Assembly (NCBI GenBank): GCA_009693165.1
Contig: SHXX01000002.1
Span: 17,423 to 81,422, forward strand
From: Chloroflexota bacterium
GTDB taxonomy: Bacteria; Chloroflexota; UBA11872; UBA12225
Reading direction: 5' to 3'
Length of the DNA: 64,000 nt
Positions 36,430 through 46,243 of this stretch are shown one piece after another (position 1 is the first letter of the stretch; the number at the start of each line of letters is the position of its first letter). The notes beneath the pieces are model-generated. The model was given only the letters and a program-made list of their open reading frames with translations. It did not search any database and was not told the origin of the DNA. The position numbers and the translations under genes are program-made.

Positions 36430-38384
36430 CGCCCCACCTCCTGCCCCGACACCACCGCAGATGCCCCGTCCAGTGGCTTCTCGGGTGCGAACTGTACGTT
36501 CACACCGACCTCAACCGAATCCGTGGCCCGGACATTCGCGGAGATAAACTCCTCCTGGTCCCGCATTTGCACGTCATAAATACGCCGATACGGTCCATCC
36601 CTGAGGATCAGGTCTGCATGGCGTCCGCGCTCGACAATCTGACCACTTTCGATCACGAGAACCTCGTCGGCACGCTTCACGCTCGAAAGCCGGTGAGCGA
36701 TCACAAAGGTCGTCCGCCCATGCATGACTTCACCAAGCGCCTGCTCGATGAGGTGTTCGGTCTCCATATCGACCGAAGAGGTCGCATCGTCGAGGATCAG
36801 GATCGACGGTTCCACAAGGAGCGCCCTTGCCAGAGAGGCACGTTGACGCTGACCACCGGATAAGGTCACGCCACGATCACCGACAGTCGTTTGGTAGCCC
36901 TTCGGGAGACGCGTGATGTACCGGTGAGCCTGCGCCCGTTCCGCAGCAAATTGCACCAAACTGATATCGGACTCCGGTTTGCCGAAGGCGATGTTCTCGC
37001 GCAGGCTACGGCTGAACAGGATGGCCTCCTGTGGCACGATGGCGATGTGCCGGCGAAGGCTTCCCAGTTCCACGTCCCGCACATCACGACCATCAACCAG
37101 GACTCGTCCCGATGTTGCGTCATAGAAGCGCGGGATCAAACCAGTCAGCGCGCTCTTGCCAGATCCGGTCCCACCGACAAGTGCGATCACCTGCCCGGGT
37201 TTGGCCGTGAGCGAGATGTTACTGAGAACGGGTACGCCCTTCTGGAATGAGAAACTGACGTTCTCGAAGACGACCTCGCCACGCACGTCCTCCAATGGAC
37301 GTGCGCCGGGCCGAGAAACTACGTCCGGCGAGACATCAAGCATCTCGAAGATCCGCCTGGCACTTGCCTGTGTCCGAGCCAACTGGCCCAACAGGAACCC
37401 GATGCGTCTGGCAGGTCCATACAACTTGTTCAGGTAATACTGGAAGGCGACAACGGTCCCGACGGTCACGAGACCCCAGGTAACCAGGTAACCCCCGGCC
37501 ACGATAACGATGATTGCCCCGAGGCCACCAAGGCCGATAAGTAACGGGTTCCAGATGGCTTGGGTGCGTGCAAGTTCCAGTGATCGCGCCTGCAGTGCTG
37601 CTGCCCCTTGAGCGTACTTGCGCTCTTCAGAGTGCTCCTGGGCGAACGCCTTCACGACGCGCACCCCAGAGATGTTCTCTTGCAGTCTCCCGGTCAGGCT
37701 TCCGTATTCCTGCTGAACGCGAGCATGCTGGGGACGGGTCTTCTTGCTGAGGACGAGACCCGCCCACAACATGGGTGGCACCGTCGCAACTGCGAGCACC
37801 GTGAGCTCCCAACTCACGGTGGCCGCAAATGACAGAGTGATTACGTACGTACCCGCTGCGCCAATGAACCCGGTCATCCCATGTCCAAGGAAGTTCTGCA
37901 CTGCCTCCACGTCTGAAGTGGCGCGGGCAATGAGCTGACCGGTATCTGCCCGATCCAAGTACCCGAAAGAAAGCCTTTGGAGGCCTCGGTAGACCGCATT
38001 TCTGAGGTCTCGGCCCGCATCAGCTTCAAAGGCATGGAACCCCCATATATAAATCCAGTTGATCGCGGACTTCGCGACGTACAAGCCCATGGCTGAAACC
38101 ACCGCGACGGTCAGGACATGAGTGTCCTTGGTTCCGATCCCGATGTCGATGGCATCGCGAACCTGCAAAGGGATCATCAAGTCGAGGAAGTTGGCAATTG
38201 TCCACGCGATATAGCTGATCACCACCGACCGGCGGTGATCGCGCAGGAACCCAAGCGCCCGCCAGACATCCTTCCACGTCCCCCCACTACCCGCGACTGC
38301 ATTCCGGCCGACAGGGCCACCTGCCCCGGTGGTTCCAGTGCTGTAACTGCCCCCGGGCGTGGTGGTACCTCCGCCTCGCATCAT
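36426..38384 (-). CDS. ABC exporter, fused permease/ATPase (partner half-transporter)
   Basis: Walker A GGTGSGKSA, signature LSGGQRQR and Walker B ILILDDATSSVD. Its stop overlaps the start of the downstream ABC gene by 4 nt. I take the ATG at 38384 (MMRGGG...); the track ORF extends to 38561. Confidence 0.9.
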   Translation of the reverse strand: MMRGGGTTTPGGSYSTGTTGAGGPVGRNAVAGSGGTWKDVWRALGFLRDHRRSVVISYIAWTIANFLDLMIPLQVRDAIDIGIGTKDTHVLTVAVVSAMGLYVAKSAINWIYIWGFHAFEADAGRDLRNAVYRGLQRLSFGYLDRADTGQLIARATSDVEAVQNFLGHGMTGFIGAAGTYVITLSFAATVSWELTVLAVATVPPMLWAGLVLSKKTRPQHARVQQEYGSLTGRLQENISGVRVVKAFAQEHSEERKYAQGAAALQARSLELARTQAIWNPLLIGLGGLGAIIVIVAGGYLVTWGLVTVGTVVAFQYYLNKLYGPARRIGFLLGQLARTQASARRIFEMLDVSPDVVSRPGARPLEDVRGEVVFENVSFSFQKGVPVLSNISLTAKPGQVIALVGGTGSGKSALTGLIPRFYDATSGRVLVDGRDVRDVELGSLRRHIAIVPQEAILFSRSLRENIAFGKPESDISLVQFAAERAQAHRYITRLPKGYQTTVGDRGVTLSGGQRQRASLARALLVEPSILILDDATSSVDMETEHLIEQALGEVMHGRTTFVIAHRLSSVKRADEVLVIESGQIVERGRHADLILRDGPYRRIYDVQMRDQEEFISANVRATDSVEVGVNVQFAPEKPLDGASAVVSGQEVGR

Positions 38385-38624
38385 CTGATTCCCGACCCCC
38401 CTGAGTAAGAGAAACGAGCCTCCCAGGTCACCCCAGCAAGGGTCCGCGCTCAGTGCGGACTGTACGCCATTCCAATCGCGGTGCGCCCGAGTAACATTCG
38501 CAGCACCACCAGGTGACGATCCGGGCAACGATTGTTGACAACACCGGTAGGCTTGCTCCAACGGGTACGCTCAGAAGGTGACCCGTGTCTGCGAATCCCA
38601 GGCCCCTAACAAGGGTGAGCCAAA

Positions 38625-39116
38625 GTGACAATGCAACCTGAACCATCACTCGAAAGTGCGCCTGCCCAGCCCCAACGTGATCGGAGCTTGCGAGCGCGAT
38701 TGCGCCGAATCCCGGGTGGGTCCGGGTTAGCAATTGCGCTTGGCGCGATCCTGTTCAGCAGCGCGGTCCTCGTTCCGCTCTCATTTGACGGGATTACCCG
38801 GACGACCATCGCATTCGGCGGGCCACCCGCCCGCATACTCTCCGTGACGATGACGGGTCGAAGCATCACCCCATCCGAAATCCATGTACCACGCGCGTCC
38901 GCAGTCCGGGTCGAAGTAAGGAACCTCGACGGGCCACGCGACGGACACCGGTTAAAGACCTCCGGGCAGGAATATGACGTTGACATTGCCGTGTGGGGTG
39001 GTCTCACCAAGTCCGATACCTTCCTCACCGCCCAGAAGCCCGGCAGGTATCCGCTGATTTGCAGCATCCGGGGACACGTCTCTGAGGGAATGGTCGGGGT
39101 CCTCGTTGTCGACTGA
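38625..39116 (+). CDS. cupredoxin-like (plastocyanin/azurin-type) copper-binding protein with N-terminal membrane anchor
   Basis: TM GLAIALGAILFSSAVLVPL, then SITPSEIHVPRASAVRVEVRNLDGPRDGHRL ... GRYPLICSIRGHVSEGMVGVLVV. This gives H ... C-x4-H-x4-M, a type-1 copper ligand pattern. Confidence 0.65.
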   Translation: MTMQPEPSLESAPAQPQRDRSLRARLRRIPGGSGLAIALGAILFSSAVLVPLSFDGITRTTIAFGGPPARILSVTMTGRSITPSEIHVPRASAVRVEVRNLDGPRDGHRLKTSGQEYDVDIAVWGGLTKSDTFLTAQKPGRYPLICSIRGHVSEGMVGVLVVD

Positions 39117-39270
39117 TGCGCACGGACTTGGTCAGTTGCAGAGCTGTTCCGGTGTTTCCACCGATAGAATCTCGGGACGTCAGTCCGGCGGCATCCACCC
39201 CGAAGGTCTGTCCAGTGAGGCAACCCCCGTAGGAACCGTCGGCGCCAGCAAATCATCGCAGGGAGAGAAG

Positions 39271-40374
39271 GTGTCACCACGCGCCTACAACATTGGCCTG
39301 GTCGGCGCTACTGGGCAGGTCGGCAAGGAGTTCCTGAAAATCCTCAACGAGGGTGTGCGTCCAGGTCTCCGTGTCAACGAACTCCGTCTCTTCGCCTCAG
39401 AAAGGAGCGCCGGCCAGACCATTTCATGCCTTGGCCGGACTTGGAAGATCGGTCTCGCTTCACCCGACCCGGAACTGTTCAAGGGGCTTGACTTCGTACT
39501 CACCGCCATTGGGGACGATCTGGCGAAGACCTACGGGCCCGCGATCGCACGGTCCGGTGCGCTGAATGTCGACAAGTCAAATGCGTGGCGGATGCATCCC
39601 GATGTCCCGCTCGTCGTTCCGGAGGTAAACCCAGACGCTGCCCGCGAACACTTCGGGATCATCGCCGGGCCCAATTGCTCGACTACCCAGTTGGTGGTCG
39701 CACTGTGGCCCCTGCACCGAACCAATCCGATCCGCCGGGTAATCGTGGACACCTACCAAGCAGTGAGCGGTACCGGCTGGCGCGCCGTCGATGAACTGCG
39801 CGACCAGACGTCGTCCGTTGCATCCGGTGAGAGCCCCGTAGCGTCTGTCTACCCCCACCCGATCGTCCAGAACCTCATCCCGGAAATTGGCGGATGGCGC
39901 GAAGGGGGTTACTTCAGCGAGGAACTAAAGATGATCGACGAGACGCGCAAGATCATGGGCATTCCTGACCTCGCGGTTCAGGCCACCTGCGTCCGCGTGC
40001 CCGTGATGGTCGGTCACTGCGAAGCGGTTCACATCGAGTTTGAGCACGAGATGGATCCATCGGACGCCCGTGAAATCCTTCGCCGGACCCCCGGGATCAT
40101 TGTCATCGACGATCCCAAGGAACATCGGTACCCGACCCCGATCACTACCGCGGGTCTCGACCCGGTGTACGTGGGGCGGATTCGCCGCGACCCGTCACAC
40201 AAGCGCGGACTGTCGATCTGGGTTGTCGCGGACAACGTCCGAAAGGGAGCGGCTCTCAATGCCATCCAGACCTTTGAGTTGGTCGGCAGGAATGGCTGGT
40301 TCCGTGGCAATCGCGACCAGCGTGATCCGTTTGAATCCATCAGCGCCCGCGTCGGTTCACCGTCGGCCGCCTGA
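39271..40374 (+). CDS. asd: aspartate-semialdehyde dehydrogenase
   Basis: From GTG 39271 (RBS GGGAGAGAAG): YNIGLVGATGQVGKEF ... NVDKSNAWRMHPDVPLVVPEVN ... IIAGPNCSTTQL ... DTYQAVSGTG. The track ORF starts at 39106, overlapping the upstream gene. Confidence 0.9.
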   Translation: MSPRAYNIGLVGATGQVGKEFLKILNEGVRPGLRVNELRLFASERSAGQTISCLGRTWKIGLASPDPELFKGLDFVLTAIGDDLAKTYGPAIARSGALNVDKSNAWRMHPDVPLVVPEVNPDAAREHFGIIAGPNCSTTQLVVALWPLHRTNPIRRVIVDTYQAVSGTGWRAVDELRDQTSSVASGESPVASVYPHPIVQNLIPEIGGWREGGYFSEELKMIDETRKIMGIPDLAVQATCVRVPVMVGHCEAVHIEFEHEMDPSDAREILRRTPGIIVIDDPKEHRYPTPITTAGLDPVYVGRIRRDPSHKRGLSIWVVADNVRKGAALNAIQTFELVGRNGWFRGNRDQRDPFESISARVGSPSAA

Positions 40375-40377
40375 AGC

Positions 40378-41418
40378 GTGACGACACCGTCCTCACGTGG
40401 CAAGCGCGATGGCACCGGGGATGTCCCACCCAACGGGCATCCTCGGCGCCTCCCCGTTGCCCGGCCCCGACCCCAGCCAGCGACTGCCCGCAACCGACCG
40501 GCGCCGATATCCGGATCAATTGTGGTCCGTGGTCGCGTCTCAACCGCGCCCCAAGGTCCAAACACTGCCCGGACCGCATTTCCGAGAACGATCACCAGCA
40601 ACGACCGCATTCTCATCCTGGCAATCGGTGATGTCCACGGTGACTTCGGTCCGCTGTTTCGCGCCACTGAAGCCGAGCCGGCAGCTGTGGTGCTTCTTCA
40701 AGTCGGTGATCTAACCGCGGGAAAGCCGGGGCGAGAACTCCAACCAGATGGTGACCCATGCACCCTCGGCGACTTGGCAATCCCATTGGTCTGGGTGCAC
40801 GGGAACCACGAGCACTGGGACCTCTTTACCTCGACCGGTGACGGTAACACCTCGAAAGTACCCGGCAATCACCTATTCCCTGGCACCAGATATATCGTGC
40901 CCGGCACCGAGATCAGCGTGGTCGGACTTCCAGGAAACTACGCGCCGACGTGGTTCAACCACTCCAAGCCCTTTGCCGGTGACCGTGCCCGCCACTTCAA
41001 TCGTGACGACGTCGACGCGATGGCACGGAACCCCTATCCGACCATCCTTCTCATGCATGAGGCGTTCCGGGGTCAGGCGCCCGGGAGGATTGGGATCATG
41101 GGTATTCCGGTGCTCGCCCAACTTGTGCAGGAACTGCGACCGGCGCTCGTGCTCACCGGCCATCATCATCTGTTCGGGGTTGGCGGCATTGGTTCGACCC
41201 TCGCGATTGGCCTTCCAACTGCACAGGATGGCTACCTGAGGCTGTGGTTCGAACGGTCCGGGGCCCTGGGTGAATGGGAACTTGTCACCTGGCCAACCGA
41301 AGGCGATTACGAGGTTGACCGCTCCATGAACGGGTCGGCACCGCCAGATGCGGACGAGACCCGTCACCACCCCACCACATCGACCGTGCGGATTGGCCTC
41401 GAACAGGGCGACCAATGA
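40378..41418 (+). CDS. metallophosphoesterase (calcineurin-like)
   Basis: ILILAIGDVHGDF ... LLQVGDL ... LVWVHGNHEHWD ... ILLMHEAF ... LTGHHH are the five phosphoesterase motifs. The N-terminal ~75 aa of the track ORF are Arg/Pro-rich, so the true start may be GTG 40522. Confidence 0.7.
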   Translation: MTTPSSRGKRDGTGDVPPNGHPRRLPVARPRPQPATARNRPAPISGSIVVRGRVSTAPQGPNTARTAFPRTITSNDRILILAIGDVHGDFGPLFRATEAEPAAVVLLQVGDLTAGKPGRELQPDGDPCTLGDLAIPLVWVHGNHEHWDLFTSTGDGNTSKVPGNHLFPGTRYIVPGTEISVVGLPGNYAPTWFNHSKPFAGDRARHFNRDDVDAMARNPYPTILLMHEAFRGQAPGRIGIMGIPVLAQLVQELRPALVLTGHHHLFGVGGIGSTLAIGLPTAQDGYLRLWFERSGALGEWELVTWPTEGDYEVDRSMNGSAPPDADETRHHPTTSTVRIGLEQGDQ

Positions 41419-41494
41419 GTAAGGTTGCCTCCGACACGCACGATCACGAACGCGATCAGGACAGCTTGAGCCAGCTGCGTCAGAGGAATTGTTG

Positions 41495-42208
41495 ATGAAC
41501 CTGCAACTCCTCACTGACGGGGCACTCCTATCCCTTTCCCTCTGCCTCGATCTTGGCATCGTGAACCTCGCGATCATCCGGACTGGGATCGCTCGCGGTG
41601 CGGTCCCAGCGTTCCTGATCGGTCTTGGTTCGTGCTTTGGAGACATCATCTGGGCGGGCCTGGCCGGCGCTGGCATTGCTGCCCTCCTGCAATTCAGCAT
41701 CGTCCGATGGGTACTCTGGCTAGGCGGTACCGCCGCCCTTCTCTACCTGACATGGCAGATGGTTCGGCAGGCCATCGCCTCCCCGACACCACAATCCACG
41801 CTGGTCGGGGCCGCAATTGAAGCGGATGAAGCAGGGTCACCATCGCACGATGGCCGGATCGGAAAGCTTCTGGCATTGGTTGGCCCTTCAACGGGCATAG
41901 GTCGGGATTTTCTTGACGGACTTCTGCTCGCACTCGCTTCACCAACCACAATGGTCTGGTTCGCCGCCGTTGGTGGCAGCCTCATTGCCTCGTCCGTTGG
42001 GACCGCCACGACCCTCGATCTCCCATCGTTCTACGCCGGTTTCTTCCTGGCGGGGATGGCGTGGTCCCTGGCCGTCGCGGTTGGCGCCGCGGTCCTCGGC
42101 CGTGCGCTTGGTCCTGCCCTAGTCCGGATGACTGCAATTGCATCGGCCGCCCTCTTCGTCTACTTTGCATGGCGCGTCTTCATGTCGGGCATTGAAACAC
42201 TCATCTAG
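41495..42208 (+). CDS. LysE/RhtB family amino-acid exporter
   Basis: MNLQLLTDGALLSLSLCLDLGIVNLAIIRTG ... FLIGLGSCFGDIIWAGLA. Six predicted TM segments. AGAGGAA lies 6 nt upstream of the ATG at 41495; the track ORF starts at TTG 41489. Confidence 0.75.
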   Translation: MNLQLLTDGALLSLSLCLDLGIVNLAIIRTGIARGAVPAFLIGLGSCFGDIIWAGLAGAGIAALLQFSIVRWVLWLGGTAALLYLTWQMVRQAIASPTPQSTLVGAAIEADEAGSPSHDGRIGKLLALVGPSTGIGRDFLDGLLLALASPTTMVWFAAVGGSLIASSVGTATTLDLPSFYAGFFLAGMAWSLAVAVGAAVLGRALGPALVRMTAIASAALFVYFAWRVFMSGIETLI

Positions 42209-42263
42209 CGACCCCTTGCCCCCGAAAAGCTGACCGCACCAGACAACCGGAGAGGGAAACACC

Positions 42264-45077
42264 GTGGCAGCAATTGACACCGTACTCCCGCAACTTCCAG
42301 GCACCCAAGACACGCCCCGGCCCGAACATCCACGCCCGGATTGGCAACGATCCGATTGGCTGAACCTCAACGGTGTCTGGAAGTTTGCCTTGGACCCCGA
42401 AAATCGTGGGGAACACCTACGGTGGTACAAGGTTCCACATCCGGAGGTTGCCGCAGCCACAGGTGCCATGGAGGTGCCATTCACCGACCACATCGCGGTG
42501 CCGTTCCCTTGGGAAAGCCCGGCATCACTTGTCCACCGGCCGGACTATGTGGGTGTTGCGTGGTACCAGCGGGGGGTAATGGTTCCGTCCGATTGGGGAA
42601 CCAGCATCACCGAGATTGGCGGCTCAGGATGGCGGATACGGCCATGGTTGATCTTCGGTGCGGTTGACTGGGGTGCAAAGGTCTGGGTTGACGGGCGCCT
42701 TGTTGCCGAACACCACGGCGGCTACACGCCATTCGAGATTGACCTCGGAAGCCATGTCACAGCAGGCAGGCCGTTCACCCTCACCGTCCGTGTCTATGAC
42801 TACACCGACGCGGCGACCCCGGTGGGCAAGCAGACCAAACGGTGGTACACGTATTCCTCTGGCATATGGCAGACAGTGTATGTTGAGGGACGGCCGAACG
42901 TTCATGTGCACCGGGCGGTGGTGACCACCCCCCTTGATCCGCAGCCCCACGCAATCTTCGATCTGGACGTGGCCACGCCGGCAACCGCCGACGGAACACC
43001 GGCGTCCGTCACGGTCACGTCGGTGGACGGCGCATTCGCCCCGGTCACGGTTTCCTTTGCAACACATGGGGGAATGACGCGCCTGGTCGTCCCGGTCACA
43101 CCAGATGGCGCACGACTGTGGTCACCCGAAGAACCCCACCTCTACGACGTACGGCTATCCGTCGCAATCGGTGGCCAACAGGGTGACCGCATCCTTACCT
43201 ACTTTGGGATCCGCGAAATCACCACCGGGTTCTGGGACGGAAAACCCTACGAATACGTCCTCCTGAACCGCCGCCCAATCTACCTTCGTGGGGCACTCGA
43301 TCAGGCATTTCACCCGGACGGTGTCCACAGTTACCCGTCCGACGACACGATCCGTGGCGACATCGAGGATGCCAAGCGTCTCGGTTTGAACATGCTCCGG
43401 TGTCACATCAAGATCAATGACCCTCGGTACTACTATTGGGCTGATCGCCTTGGCATGACGATCTTCTACGACTTCCCTTGCACGATGGTCGACTCGGCCG
43501 TGGCACGTGCCAACTGGGAATCCACCTTCCGCGAAGCAATGGTCCGTGATCAGTCGCATCCATCGATCATCGCGTGGATCCTCTTCAACGAGACATGGGG
43601 ACTGGAGAACCATCACACCACCGACGGACGCAACTGGGTCCTGGACATGGTTCACGTTTGCAAGTCCATTGATGGGACGCGTCTGGTCGAAGACAACTCG
43701 CCCTGCCTTTATGACCACGTGATTACTGACATCAATACGTGGCACTTCTACCTCACCACGTGGGACCGGGCGCGCGCCCACGTGGAACGGGTTGTTGCGG
43801 AAACCTACCCTGGGTCGGGGTTCAACTACGTCAGCAGCAAGTTCGGGGGAGACGCAACGCCATACGTCCAGACGACCGCACCACTTCTGAATAGCGAATA
43901 TGCGGGACTGTCGGCGAGGCAGGGCGAGAAGGACATTGCCCATTCATTCCGTTTCCTGACCACAGACCTTCGCCGCCACGACAAGATTTGCGGCTACGTT
44001 TACACCGAACTGACTGATATCGAATGGGAACACAACGGTCTCATCAACTACGACCGCGCCCCAAAGGTGTTTGGCTATGACGCGCACTTTCCGGGAATGT
44101 CGGTCGCCGACATCAACGGTGCCGACCTGGTTGGGTTCGACGCGCCACCAGTCCAGGCCTCGGAAGCCGGTGCGACAATCTCGCTTCCAGTGTTCGTATC
44201 GCACTGGAACCACGTTGCGCTGGACCGACCAGTCTTGCACTGGGCGGTCGACCTGACAGACATTGATGGATTGCCGCACGCAAGCGTGCAATCTGGCGAC
44301 CAATCAGTCTCGCTTCAACCATATACCGTGACCGACCTCGACCCGATCAAGGTCACCATGCCGGCAACCCCGTCGGTGGTGACCGTCCGGCTGTGGCTTA
44401 CTGATGCCAACGGCACGGTTCGGGCAAGGAACTACACCCAGTTGGTGGTGAAAGCGGCTCCCTCCCAGTCATGCGATGCGTCCGAGACTGCGCTAACCTG
44501 GCGCCTTGTCCCGGGAGAGTTCACAGACTCGAGTTGGCCCGAGGCACGTATCGCCCCCGGCGGGGACAAGTACGGAGCCATTGGGGCCGGATATGTGGAA
44601 TATGAAGTCGCCATGCCTGCGAATACCGATGCATCCCGGGCGCAGTCGCTGACGGTGCGTTTCGAGGCAGGCTCGCGCACCGCGGCCACTCGTCGGGGAT
44701 GGCACGACTACCGCTACTTCCAAGGGACCGACTACCCTCAGACCCGTGAGACCCCACGGCCGTCACTCATCCGTGTCTCGGTGAACGGTGTCGATATCGG
44801 TGACGTGATCGCACCCGACGACTTCGCCGATGCCCGAGGCGTGCTCAGCATCTTCGAGCAACCTGAGTGGGAATACGCGTCCGCAGGCACGATCCTGGAG
44901 GCGTCAGCGGACGCTCTGACGCTGTCTGCCATCATGGAACATGCAACCGATGGCGTCCTTCGGGTCCGTTTCTCCGTTCCAACCGGGCCATCTGCCAACG
45001 GCATCAACCTGTACGGCTCGTCACGTGGAGGCACGTTGCTCGCACCAACCATCCGCGTGACCCTCGGCACCCATTGA
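42264..45077 (+). CDS. glycoside hydrolase family 2 protein
   Basis: GVAWYQRGVMVPSDW ... WLIFGAVDWGAKVWVDGRLVAEHHGGYTPFEIDL (GH2 sugar-binding domain), ILFNETWG (acid/base region), LNSEYAG (nucleophile region). The long C-terminal beta-rich region is unassigned. GTG start. Confidence 0.85.
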   Translation: MAAIDTVLPQLPGTQDTPRPEHPRPDWQRSDWLNLNGVWKFALDPENRGEHLRWYKVPHPEVAAATGAMEVPFTDHIAVPFPWESPASLVHRPDYVGVAWYQRGVMVPSDWGTSITEIGGSGWRIRPWLIFGAVDWGAKVWVDGRLVAEHHGGYTPFEIDLGSHVTAGRPFTLTVRVYDYTDAATPVGKQTKRWYTYSSGIWQTVYVEGRPNVHVHRAVVTTPLDPQPHAIFDLDVATPATADGTPASVTVTSVDGAFAPVTVSFATHGGMTRLVVPVTPDGARLWSPEEPHLYDVRLSVAIGGQQGDRILTYFGIREITTGFWDGKPYEYVLLNRRPIYLRGALDQAFHPDGVHSYPSDDTIRGDIEDAKRLGLNMLRCHIKINDPRYYYWADRLGMTIFYDFPCTMVDSAVARANWESTFREAMVRDQSHPSIIAWILFNETWGLENHHTTDGRNWVLDMVHVCKSIDGTRLVEDNSPCLYDHVITDINTWHFYLTTWDRARAHVERVVAETYPGSGFNYVSSKFGGDATPYVQTTAPLLNSEYAGLSARQGEKDIAHSFRFLTTDLRRHDKICGYVYTELTDIEWEHNGLINYDRAPKVFGYDAHFPGMSVADINGADLVGFDAPPVQASEAGATISLPVFVSHWNHVALDRPVLHWAVDLTDIDGLPHASVQSGDQSVSLQPYTVTDLDPIKVTMPATPSVVTVRLWLTDANGTVRARNYTQLVVKAAPSQSCDASETALTWRLVPGEFTDSSWPEARIAPGGDKYGAIGAGYVEYEVAMPANTDASRAQSLTVRFEAGSRTAATRRGWHDYRYFQGTDYPQTRETPRPSLIRVSVNGVDIGDVIAPDDFADARGVLSIFEQPEWEYASAGTILEASADALTLSAIMEHATDGVLRVRFSVPTGPSANGINLYGSSRGGTLLAPTIRVTLGTH

Positions 45078-45099
45078 ACTCGGGATTCGGAACCAACGC

Positions 45100-46134
45100 A
45101 TGAAACGACTCATTACGGGGGGCGCCGGGTTCATCGGCAGCAATGCCGTTGCGCGGTCACTCGACCGGGGCGAAGAGGTGGTCGTGATCGACAACCTCTC
45201 GCGCCGGGGGGCGCACGTGAACCTCTCATGGCTTACCTCGCACCCGAACGCAAAGGCGTTGGCCTTCCATCAGGTTGATATCCGTGACGACCGGGCAGTG
45301 ACCGAGGTTTTCAATTCACATCCCGACGTTGACGTCGTCATCCACCTTGCCGGGCAGGTCGCGGTCACCACCTCGGTTCAGGATCCGCGTGGGGATTTCG
45401 AGGCGAACGCGCTGGGCACCCTGAACCTCCTTGAAGCGGCGAGACACCATCGCGGACTGCGTGCCTTTCTCTACAGTTCCACCAACAAGGTCTATGGTGG
45501 ACTCGAACACGTTGGTGTCATCGAGGCCGACGGCCGGTACCAATTCCGCGACGCGCCTCTCGGCATTCCTGAGACGTACCCGCTCGACTTCCATTCGCCA
45601 TACGGGTGTTCCAAAGGCGCCGCAGATCAGTACACAATCGACTACTCACGCATCTACGGGTTGCCCTCGGTCGCCCTCCGGCAATCTTGCGTCTACGGTC
45701 CCCGCCAACTTGGCGTTGAGGATCAAGGGTGGGTCGCTTGGTTCACGATTGCGGCCGTGACCGGACGTCCGATCAGTATTTTCGGCGATGGCAAGCAGGT
45801 CCGGGACGTCCTGTATGTCGATGACCTGCTCGATGCATACGATGCGGCGGTTCAGAAGATTGACGCAGTCCGAGGCACGGCAATCAATCTAGGTGGCGGG
45901 CCGGAAAACACCTTGGCCATCGGCGAAGTCCTTGCGCATATCGGACCCCGGATTGGCAGGACGGTCCCTGCCAACCATGCCGACTGGCGTCCCGGTGACC
46001 AGCGTGTATTCATCGCCGATATCACCCGCGCCCGGCACGTCCTCGGCTGGGCCCCCCGCGTCAGCGTCGGCGAAGGGCTTGATCGCCTTCTCGCATGGGT
46101 TCAAGCCAATCAGGACCTCTTCGCGATCGGATGA
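45100..46134 (+). CDS. NAD-dependent sugar epimerase/dehydratase (extended SDR)
   Basis: MKRLITGGAGFIGSNAV ... YSSTNKVYG ... SPYGCSKGAADQY (YxxxK). Confidence 0.88.
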   Translation: MKRLITGGAGFIGSNAVARSLDRGEEVVVIDNLSRRGAHVNLSWLTSHPNAKALAFHQVDIRDDRAVTEVFNSHPDVDVVIHLAGQVAVTTSVQDPRGDFEANALGTLNLLEAARHHRGLRAFLYSSTNKVYGGLEHVGVIEADGRYQFRDAPLGIPETYPLDFHSPYGCSKGAADQYTIDYSRIYGLPSVALRQSCVYGPRQLGVEDQGWVAWFTIAAVTGRPISIFGDGKQVRDVLYVDDLLDAYDAAVQKIDAVRGTAINLGGGPENTLAIGEVLAHIGPRIGRTVPANHADWRPGDQRVFIADITRARHVLGWAPRVSVGEGLDRLLAWVQANQDLFAIG

Positions 46135-46243
46135 ACCGACCCGCGCACCGGATCCAATCCCTTACCTCAGGGAACGGATACTTGCGTCAGGTATTGTGTG
46201 AAGGGATCAGCGTGACCGCTCCCGGTTCCCTCCTACCCAGACG

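Noticed and set aside
38535-38540. Perfect TTGACA -35-like hexamer in the ABC-exporter / cupredoxin divergent region
   Set aside because: No acceptable -10 hexamer lies at 16-19 bp spacing on the plus strand. The candidates TAGGCT and TACGCT are 7 and 25 bp away. It is not reported as a promoter.
39106-39270. Upstream extension of asd starting at the ATG at 39106
   Set aside because: It overlaps the end of the cupredoxin gene. The Asd Rossmann motif begins a few residues after GTG 39271, which has its own RBS. I also looked in this ~150-nt spacer for a lysine or amino-acid riboswitch-like structure and could not identify one.
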